DNA of 64,000 nt, from NCBI GenBank assembly GCA_963575745.1, contig CAUYUJ010000087.1, positions 1 through 64,000 on the forward strand. Reading direction: 5' to 3'. The position numbers and the translations under genes are program-made. Origin of the DNA: Prorocentrum cordatum. Lineage: Eukaryota. The notes beneath the pieces were generated by a model. It was not told the origin of the DNA. It was given only the letters and a program-made list of their open reading frames with translations, and ran no database searches. Shown here in pieces: positions 33,390 through 43,615 of the stretch; position 1 is the first letter of the stretch, and every line of letters begins with the position of its first letter.

Positions 33390-35980
33390 CAAGACGGGGA
33401 CAGCGTCCTGATCACCGGGCTTCCAGGCGAGCTGATTCTGACCCTCCTCGCGGGAGGCGTGGAACAACATTCCATCGACTCATGCACCCCCTTTTCAGCG
33501 CCCGTGCAGCTGCGCCTTCAAGACGGCCCTCGTGCCCGCAGGGCGCCATGAATGGTGGCGTAACCTCATGGAATACACCCCCTTCGGGAGCTCCTCAGTG
33601 CGGGACCAGTGGCCATACCTCGGCGTCGTGGCGGTGTCGCGCGCGGCGGAAGGTGAACAGCCACCCCCCAGGGGAGCGGCTCACTAAGGCGCAAGACGAC
33701 GCCCTCACAAGAGGAACATGGGAGCGCCCCCTCCCCAAGATGAGGGACAGGGCCATGGCCCTCCACCTAGCAAAAATGTCCCCCACCCGCACAGCCGCGG
33801 CATGGAACTCATACCTGGTCTCCCTTGCCCCCATACGCGGCCCACTACTCCAACCCCGACGTCGTACAAGAACGTGTCTCACGTGCGCAGCTCAGGGCCG
33901 CATTTGGGCTTGCTGCGGCGTCGTGGGTCCCTGACTTCATCCTTACGGGGCTAGGTATACGCTTCCAAGCGCCGGGCGCCCCAAGGTGCCCCAGTAGCCG
34001 CGGCTCGGGCCGTCCCAGCCAGAGCGCACGCCCTGAACGACTTCTGGGGGCCCATGCCAGCCAGAAAGCGCGCCAGAACTCGGTGGAACAAGCTATTGAA
34101 GTGGGCAGCCGAAGCCGCACCGCAACCAGACACGTCCCGACCCAAACCCAGAGTTATCACAGAGCGCAAGGCAGCGCTAGCACTCAACCGTGCAAGTGAG
34201 CAACACGAGCTACTGGAAGGAAAACACCTTGGGAAGGTTGTCTACGCCGCGGCATGGGCACAAATGCACAGCTCGCTGTTCACCAAATGGCTCACTGAAA
34301 CCAGTCAAAAGAGGAGATGGCACCCCTCGAACGGGGAGGAGTGGGGCCCACTGGCCCACTGCGCGTCCTACACGGAGGCCCACCACGTCATCCGCATACT
34401 GCGCAACGGCCTTCCAGGCTCTGCAAGGCGGAGAAGTGAAGTCGAGCGGCCCCCGCATCAATGTCCCTGCGGCGCGCGCGCCAAGTGCGTCTGGATCACA
34501 GCCGGGCCCGGCGACGAAGGCGACGCCTGGTGCGCCAGATGCAGAGGTCACGGGCCACACTCCTCTGCGCTTCGGCAGCTACTCGATCCGAACTCCCTGC
34601 CCATCGCACTACGGGGCCAGGCCGAAGCCTACGCCCACACTCAGGGCAGCCTACGGGCCCCCACCAGAGCGGGCCCAGGTGGTCATTGTCTCCTCTGCGG
34701 GCTTGGGGAGGCGTCGACAGAGCACGCGTGGCACTGGTGCCCGGCCGCCGCCCTGGCTTGGTACACCGCACGGGGCCCGGGCCATCCCGAGCCCCTTGCA
34801 CGGGCCATCACCTGCAACGGTGACCACCAACCCCTCCTTGCGAAGGTGCTTCACCAGATCTCCTTCAGATATTGCGTCAACCTTACCGCCACCCCCCTCG
34901 AGGCCAGTGATGCGGCCAGACTCATTCTTCAGGGCATCGTCGCCGCGGACACCGATCAGCAAGGCGACAGCGACGATGACGTCCACGACGGCGACGAGCC
35001 CCCGAGGCACGACAACCCGGACGAGACCGCCGTTTGGGCAACAATGCAAGATACCTGCCCCACGTGCCACCCGCGGCAGGACCATTTGCGGAGCCGCCAG
35101 GCCACACATGACCCGCCACGCGCGACGCGCCGGAGGAGAGGTGCGCAGGCTCCCGGTCGTCACCAGCCACTGCCGCGCAGGAGACAAGCTTGCAGTTATC
35201 CAGGCCACCCAGATGCGCGCGGGGTGGATGCTGCCCGGCCGAGGCTGGTTCCCCTGCCCCAGAACTGACAACAACCCCACGGCTAACTGGACGTCAGCAT
35301 ACTGCCGAGACTGTCGCGCACACACCACAACGCTGACGGCGAACACCGACCTTGAACCAGGGGACAAAATAACCGTCCGCAGCTCCCCCTTCCCAGACAC
35401 AGACAGCACCCAATGGCCATACGAAGTCACCTTCGATGGCGGCGCCCGAAGAATCGACGGCCGCACCAGGGTCTCAGGCGCAGGCACGATTTTGTGGCAC
35501 CACGACCCAGCGACAGGTACCCCCAGAATAGTGGCGGTTGCCATAGTAGCGCCCCCCGGATGCAGCAGCGCACAGATGGCCGAGGTAGTCGGCTGCCGCG
35601 CTGGACTTGCACTCCTCCCCCACCTCCGCGGCCCCCTGCGGGCCGCCAGGATTGTTGGGGGCAACTTAGCGGCCATCCGATATGGCGCTTGCACGGCCAG
35701 GCACAGGAGGCTACACCTGGCTCAGCAAATGGAGGACGCCCTCGCTCAGGCGGAGAACATTGGCTGGGTGCTTTCTTGGCAGGCCGTGAGGCGCCGCCTG
35801 AATAAGGCTGCAGATAGCCTTCGCCGCCCTTGGGGCGTTCTGGGCGGATGCTTTACTCAACGCAGGCGACCTTCGCAGTCCACACTCACATACATTGGGC
35901 AGAAGCCCGCACCGCCCTCCCAGCCCACTTCCCAACCGCGCAAGGTCTAGACATCGACCTTTGCGACCCGATGGCGTGTG
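33390..35980 (+). pseudogene. C-terminal part of LINE-type pol: RT thumb, Zn finger, RNase H
   Basis: WPYLGVV (~33610), AAAWNSYLVSLAPYAAHY (compare AARAYNINALPCLSYLAQFY in the other LINE), CLLCG..STEHAWHWC, RNase H VTFDGG (35435), AQMAE (35582), IVGGN, RRRLNKAADSL. Confidence 0.85.
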
Positions 35981-36146
35981 CCGCCGCCGCCGCCTTCCGC
36001 TTGGCCCCCCCCCCCCCCCCTCGCCCCTGGTCGCCCCTGGTCGCTGATCGAACGATCGCCCCGCCCGCCGAGGCCCACCCCGCAGCGGGCCGCGGCCCCC
36101 CAGCTTTTCAAAGTACTCTAACGGCGATCAGCTGCGACGCTGGAGG

Positions 36147-37088
36147 ATGCCCGAACGCAAGTGCAATCAAGGGCCGCTGGCTCGCTGGCCAGCGCACGAG
36201 GCATGTCGCCCAAACGGCCCCATACCCGCAGATGGCCCCCTCCCCTTCCGTGCCCGCGAATGCCCCTGGCTGCGTCGGGCACACTTCAACAGCGAATGGC
36301 GCCGGTGGTGCGAGCTCTGTCAGAAGCACTGTGACGGGAAGGAGCACCTGCTACAGTGGGACCACTGGCACGAAGGTGACAGGCAGTGGGAGAACGGGTG
36401 GCCCGACCCCCAGGATTTCATTCCTGCGGGCAACCTGTGGACCATGACGAACGGAAGGGAGTATGACCACGTCCACGACTGCAGAATCAAGGGGTACCCA
36501 TGGCGCGGGTGGAAGACGACGGAGCCGGAGAAGGTCCAAGGGCAACCCTACCTCCCCGGCTGGTCTTTCCCAGACGACTGGGATCACGTTCCCATCAAGT
36601 TTCCCTACAGGGATGACGACTTCGACTTTGCCACCCCTTCAGGCACCATCCATTCCACAAGGGCGCGCCCTCGCCAGCAGCTGAGGAGGACCTGGGCAAG
36701 GACGACCAGGGGTGGAGCGAGACCGATGGACGGGCCTCTTGACAGAGACACCCCCGGCCACGCCACCGCCCACCATCTGCACCCCCCAATCAGACACCCC
36801 ACCGGAGAGGACATGCCCAACGCCTCCAGCAGAGCATCGTCTCAGGAGTCAGCCGACAGATCACGCACGGAGGCACCCGAGGGAGAAGATCGCTTCGGCT
36901 ACGGAGACACGCCCCCATCAGGGGTGAGGGGGGTAATGCTGGAGTCGCCGGCCGCGGCTGCGGCCGATGCCGTCAGGCAGTATACTCCGCCCCCGCCAGC
37001 TGCGGAATCGCTCAGTTCCGTCTTCACGCACCACTGGGACAGATCCCAGATGCCGCCCTCCTCCCGCCACACTGGGCGCAGGATCTAA
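36147..37088 (+). pseudogene. Cargo N-terminal region with a C2H2/matrin-like Zn finger
   Basis: ATG directly after the 29-bp motif; WCELCQKHCDGKEHLLQWDH. Confidence 0.5.
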
Positions 37089-37199
37089 GGCAAAGAGGAC
37101 GGGCTCTCGAAAGCCTGGCCTGGACCGCGTGCACGGCGTCGACCGAGACCGTCTGGGGCAATTCCGTCAAGGCCAGGACAGACCTCATCAGAAGGCAGA

Positions 37200-39700
37200 G
37201 CTGAGCCCTGGTAGTTTCCGTCACCCCAATCGATGAGAACTCAGAGTGCGATACCCTCGACCGCTTCCAGCTGAGGAACGCCTTTCCACCCCAAGACGGG
37301 AAGGTGCTGCTACATCTACATTGGCCCTCGGCGTTCAGAGTCCTCCTCAAGGGTCAGGACGCGGGACAGGACGCGCACGTCCTCCTTCTCAGCCTCACCA
37401 ACCCAGCAGTGGACCAAGTCGCTTCCGTCAAACTTCTGAGCCCCCCGACCTCGGAGGCACCATCCTTCCGGGCGACTGCCAGGCACTGGGTTTCCCAACG
37501 GGCTCCCGGTACCCCAGCAACGAATGCATCGTCGTTCACAACACAGACAAGTTCGGAGTATCCCACGCAGATGACAGCATCGACCGGCCCACCTACGTAG
37601 GTGAACCATGGTACAGGCTGGACAGGGCGCCCTCCATGATTCAGTTTTGGCGGATCTCGGCTGCAATCACCGAGATCTACAGGCTGCAGCAGATCCCCCG
37701 CGATCTCATTGGCACCCCCCTGGACGTCATCACCTACCTCCTCACCTTCCGTACTGCCGACAAAAGGGACAAGGCTATCGCCAACGACGTCCTCAGCACC
37801 GCCAAGTGTGGGCAGGCTCTCCAGGCGCGTGCCAAAGCCACCCTGGAAGTCCGCTTCCCCTGCACCGACCTACCTGCGCCCGGTGCCGCCTCGGCGACGC
37901 CCACTCACCCCGCCGGACTTCCAGCCCCCCCCCCCCCCCCTTTCACCGACGCAGAGGTGGAGGACGCCACCGGGCAGGTGTTCCAGCGCGCCCGTGACCT
38001 ACCAGCACCGAAATCCCTGGAGGACGGAGCCAAGCGCCACAGTCTCAACCGCGACGCCACAAGGGACCTGGCAGCCTCCACCCGGCACCACGTGACGATC
38101 GCACATGGCCCCCCTGGCACAGGTAAGACAACTTTCTCGGTCGCAACCATGGACACATGGGCGGGCTCGCTCTTCCCCGGGTCGTCGGTCGCTCTGGCGG
38201 CAGGTTCCAACGCGGCCGCCGACCAGCCGGCACTGGCCCTACGCGCCGCTCACAAAGACAACAAACTGGCCTCCAGCACGGGATTCCCGTCCAAGTGCGC
38301 GCGCCTCGCCAAGGACTTTTAAGGTGGCCAAGGAGCTTGCCGGGCTCACCCCAGGAGGACACTACCAGGGGGCCAACGGCAGACTCCCCTACGAAGGCGG
38401 TTCACCCTCCAAGGACTTCCCCGCCTTCAGGACTCAGCTGCTCGAAGACGCGAAGACCGTCATAGCCACGCACGAATCTGCTGAAGCACTAAAGAAGGCC
38501 GCCCCAGTTGCCCTTCTCATCATAGACGAGGCAGGGCAGGCGCACGAGCTCACGGCGGCCATGTCCTTGGACAGTGTCATTCGCTCAGGAGGACACCTAG
38601 TGCTGGTCGGCGACCCCAAGCAGCTCCCCCCCACGGTCATCTCCAGAAAGGCAGCAGACCATGGGTTGTGCCTCTCCATCTTCGACCGTCTCCACCAGGC
38701 GTTAGGGGGGCACCAGTCAGCCGTGATACAGCTCAGCCTGTGTTACCGCCTGCACCCCCTGCTGCTGGCCTGGCCCAACTGGGTCTTCTACACCAACACA
38801 ATGCAAACCGGACTAGCTGACCCTCTGACTCAGAGGCCCCTAGTCAACGAACGGTCTACCATGGCAGGGTTTCCAGCCCTGGAGCAACGTCAGACTCGAA
38901 TAGCTATCGCATGCCGCCCGCACCACCAGCGACGACATGCACCAGATGCTGCGCAACCTGGACCCGGGAGAGCAACCCGCAGGAGAGCGGCACCGGTTCC
39001 TACTGGTCGCCAACCCTCCCCGGGAGGTTACATCCAAGCTACACGCAGGATGCGCCAACCTGCTGGAGGCAGCGCAGACGGTAGACATCACACGCGCCCT
39101 CCCCCCCGCAATGGAGGAGGGAGTCACGGTTCGGGCGGTCATCGGCCACCAGCTGCAGCGCGCCATCCTCGAGAACGGATGGCCCCAGAGCGCCTGCAGC
39201 GTCAGCGGCACACTCAGGCAGGCCAAGGCCAAAGGCAAAGGGAAAGGGAAGGACGAAATAAGCAAAGGGAAGGGCCCCGCCGCCCACCCCCCATCACGCC
39301 CCCACGACACAAGCGACTACGCCAGCGTCTTCGAGCAGAAAGACTCAGGACCCACGGGCATCTCCTTGCGGTTCCCAGGCGTTCGGCGCGTTGCAGAGGA
39401 TCACCTTGCAACCGGCAGGCTCACCCTCTCGACTATTGAGTCCAGCCAGGGCGGCGAAGCGGACCTGGTCATCTTCCTGACAACCAGGTCCAACAGGTGG
39501 CATGACTGGGGTTTCATGGACAACGCCAACAGGGTGAACGTGGCAATCACCAGAGCCACGCGCAACGTGATCATCATCGGTGACGGAAGGATGTTTGCCG
39601 CGGCCACGGGATCTCGCCTCCGTGAGCTCTCCGAGTACGGCCGCTTCGCCAAGCTGCGGGTACGCTTCCAGCACCCGGAGCACATCGGAAGTCGATGGAC
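37200..39700 (+). pseudogene. Upf1/DNA2/NAM7-like superfamily 1 helicase (AAA_11/AAA_12 type), frameshifted
   Basis: HGPPGTGKT (38104-38130), GSNAAAD, IIDEAGQA (38525), LVGDPKQLPP, SIFDRL, YRLHP, STIESSQGGEAD, GFMDNANRVNVAITRA (~39510-39560). Confidence 0.93.
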
Positions 39701-42700
39701 CCTCACTGTCGACGAGGGATTCGACCCCATCAAGGACCTCACCTCCTGGACCCCTGAATCCCCCTCGCACGCAGGAGACGAAGTCATCAAGGGGCTGGAC
39801 AGCGCGATAGTGAAAGCCCGAGCCTCAATGGAGAAGAACTTCGCAGACAAGATTGCAGCTCCGCTGGATACAGAATTTTCATGGACCTGCCTTGGAGACG
39901 CCATACGCAGCAGCCTGCAGAAACTCGTCGAAGACCCCGCCATGGGGGTGGTCATATACACCGTCTCTGGCCTACACCCCCACCAGTACTCCATGGCCGA
40001 CACACCAAGGCAGCCGGGCCTATTTGACCGCAAGGCATGGAGTCACTTAGGGTTCTGCTGCGACGTAGAAATGGGCATAGACGCCAGCAACCTCGTCTAC
40101 AACTTGACGTGGGCAGCCCTGGTATGGTTCCTCGGGCTGGGCACCCCCTGGGACGACAAGAGCCTAGCCGTCCCTGACGAGTCGCTCCCTTCCCTGCCCA
40201 GGGCGAAGGGCGTCAGCCACCGCCCGAAGGGCGCTAGCCGTTGCACCCCCCCCCCCCCCCCCCGAGGTCCTACACCAGTTTCCAGGGGCATGGAGCCAAG
40301 AGACGGGGAGATGCAGGAGGCACCGCGCACACCCAGGTATGCAGCACCTGAAGTCCCGACTTCGCACTGGCCAAGCCAACTCAGAGCTAAGACGCTCCCT
40401 TCTCAGCAGCGACGGCCGCCCCCTGGACACCCCCACACTCAGAGTCCTCCTCGTTGTCATGATGATCCAGCTGCGCGAGCCTCGGGCGACGCTCTGGCCC
40501 CTCCCACATCCAGAGGCCACTGGGGACATCATAGAAGCAGCCATGGGCATCTGCTTCCCTCGGCAGAACGTCCACCTCGAGCACAGAAACACCTTCGCAA
40601 GCGCATGGGGTTTCCAGCTGAGTGATCTAACCCCCCTACACGGGAAATTCGAGGACGCCATCAAGCACATCAGCACGCTCGCCACGTACGCCCACCACCA
40701 CAAGGTTGCAGCCGAGCACGGGTGCCCAAAAACCTGAGCCGGCATGCTGAAAAGCAAGTTCCCCCTGGAGGCCCCCATGTGGGTGCTAGAGGAGCTAGTC
40801 CAACCAGCCGCGGTCAGTCCCCTGGGCAAGAGCAAGTGCTCCATCTGCACTCTCCACAATGAACTCAGCGGGCCAGAGGAAGGGCTCGGATGCCCAGGCT
40901 CAATGCAGACCTGGAGTATATCGGAGGAGGAATTGCCATGTCCAACAGGCGGCTCGACGATGACTCCCCCGCTTCCCCGGCCCCCAGAAAACTTCTTATC
41001 CCGCCCAGAGTGAACGACGACAGGTTCCGCGTCGAGCAGGAAGATGGCCGCTTCGATTGCGATGGGGATGACTGCCCCAAAAATGGGACCAGGGGCACAG
41101 CCGGCACCTGGGAGGACGACGACACAAGGGAACTCCTCGCACAGAACCGCTCCCAAGCTCACTTGCAAGGCAAGAACTTCAGGCGGCTGTGCGAGCAGTG
41201 CTGGGCCAAGTCCGTGGATAAGAAAGGCTTCGAGGCCCCCCTCGCCCCATGCGACTGCGGCAACAAGAAGTCACTACCGCAGCGTCTGCAGGCATACAAG
41301 CGCGCAATGGATGAGACACGTCATAAGAAGAAGTCACGCACACTCCCGTCCTTGGATCGGCTCCCGATTGGATACGGGCGCCTTGACACGGCCCCGACCC
41401 CCACCAGCCTTTGCGACCTCGTCATGAAAGCCCCCTCAGCCACAGCCCCCGGGCCACTGGCACCACCCTACCTGCTCACAAGCTGTCAGACGGAAGGTTC
41501 GGGCTCGATTCGCCCCTCACGGGCACCTACTCTGCCCAATGCGACACCTGCCCAACAGGATCACCCTTGTTGGAGTGGGCGGTAAGCAGCCCAGCATTAG
41601 GCTGCTTCTTGTGGCGCCCAGAGCCCGAAGCATCCACCGTCTCCGAGACCGGGCGACGGCCTTGGGACCTCATGCCCACTCTTTGGACCCAGCGGCAGTG
41701 GCACGCCGGCTGGGCACGCAGGCGGTGCCTCATCCACATCTGGAACGTGGCCCCAGGCACGCTTGACCACATACTGGACCAGCAGTTCTCACGCGTATAC
41801 CCCACGGCACCAGCCAAGCGGGCAGCAACAGCAGAAGTGCAGACGGAGCGCCACGACATCAGCGTCTACCTCACTCCGGATTGTGCTAACGCTGCAGCCA
41901 CGGATGCATACACAAAGCCACCCGCCCCAACCAGAGCGCCGACCCCTCCTACCAGCACGGGCCAGGGCGGCCCCGTCGGCCCGTCGGGGAGAGTAACGGG
42001 TCAGGAGCTGCCGCACGAGACATCAAATCCATGTTCCCTGACATCTCCCCGCCGGCTGGGCCCGCCCTACCAACCCACTCCACCTCTGGGCTCACAGGGA
42101 AGGATTCAGGCTGCGCCTTACGCTCATTGGTCAAGTACCTCCTAGAGTGGAACCCCACCATTTACGGGAAATTGATGGAGTACGCGGAGCAATACGGCGT
42201 CGGAATACCGGGCGATAAGACCAACGAAGGGTCTTGGCCCCCCCAATGTCTTCGCCAATTCCTGGCCCACATCTACGGAGATACGATCCCCGATAACTGC
42301 CACACACACACACACACACGCACACCGGCATCCCATGGGACAGCCAGCGGGCCGCGGCGGCACGAGTAGCGCACCACCTAACGAGGGCCAACGTGATGCA
42401 TGAGACCAGGTGGCGTTGATACGCCGCCGACCTAGCCGAGCAGCGGGGCGAGTGCCCCCTCCGCCAGCGGCTCAGCACCCCATTACAATACCTCATGGGA
42501 ATGGATCCCACGGCCCTCGCCGACGGCACCATCAGAGAGCTGGCCAACCGAGATCCATTTCAGACGGACACGGACTACGTTCTGGCTGAACAGGACAGAC
42601 GCGGCAGCAGACACCCCCCCAGTAGACAGCCACGGCCCAGTATGGGAGGCAGCACCAGGCCGCCCCTCCAGGGCAGATCTACAGACCCCAGGCGACGACG

Positions 42701-43615
42701 GGGCCAACGACCCTCCAGCGGAAGGGCAAGGCTCTTGCGACCAGGCAGGCAAGGCCGAGGGTGAGCTGGATGCACCCGACTGGGATGAGGACGCGGCAAG
42801 CGAAGCAGCCACAGCCAAAGAAGCGAGCCCTGTTGCTAGCCCGACACCAGTCGCGGACGAAGGCGAGGAGGAAGTCTCCTCCGATTTACTACGCGCTTTT
42901 AAAAAACACGCCCCCAAAGGGCAAATCCTGGACCCCCCACTCACAGACCGTCGATCGAAATGCCGCCCTGGCGCTTCGGAGTGCCAAAGACAGCTCCGAG
43001 AAGGAAAGCAGCTCGGCCTGGGACATCACGGGGGCCAGGAACGACCGCGCCCTCAGCCGCGCGGCAGGAGACAAAGGGCGCCACCGGCCCGCGTCAGAGG
43101 ACATCAAAGACGGGGAAGGGCGCGCCGCCAAATCACAAAGGGGCAACCCCACGCGAGCGGAGAACAGCGGGACGCCCTGGAGGGACGTCAGGATCGCTCA
43201 GCCACACTACGAGAATCTGAACGACCCCATGGGATGCGGCCCCATGCACAGGCGCACCATCGCAACTGCAGACGTGGAGAGGGACGAGCCCATACAAGAC
43301 ATACTTATACGCTTACAAAAGACGCTGGGAGGCGCGTTCAATGGCATATGGCACGCATGGATTAAGCGGGCTGCCCTGAGGCAGGACCCCAGTGGAGGCC
43401 ACAAGAGCAACCCCAAACTGAACACACCCCAGACGTGCGCAGATTTCCTCGAGGCTTGGAGCAACGCAGGCCATGATGCTTACCGGATGGATAGTGAACT
43501 CGGGCTCGGCGTAAACTGGGCAGCAGTCAGGGACAAGCGCGCGAACTCCGAGCGCCACGACGCCCGCGCGCACGCCCCGCGTGACTACGGCAGCAGCAAC
43601 AAGCCCGCCCCATGA
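39700..43615 (+). pseudogene. Remaining cargo coding region (possible RNase III-like motif, Cys-rich fingers, unknown domains)
   Basis: Overlapping protein-like frames; TGDIIEAAMG (~40520-40550), CSIC..CPG, CDGDDC..LCEQC..CDC, final stop at 43615. Confidence 0.5.
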
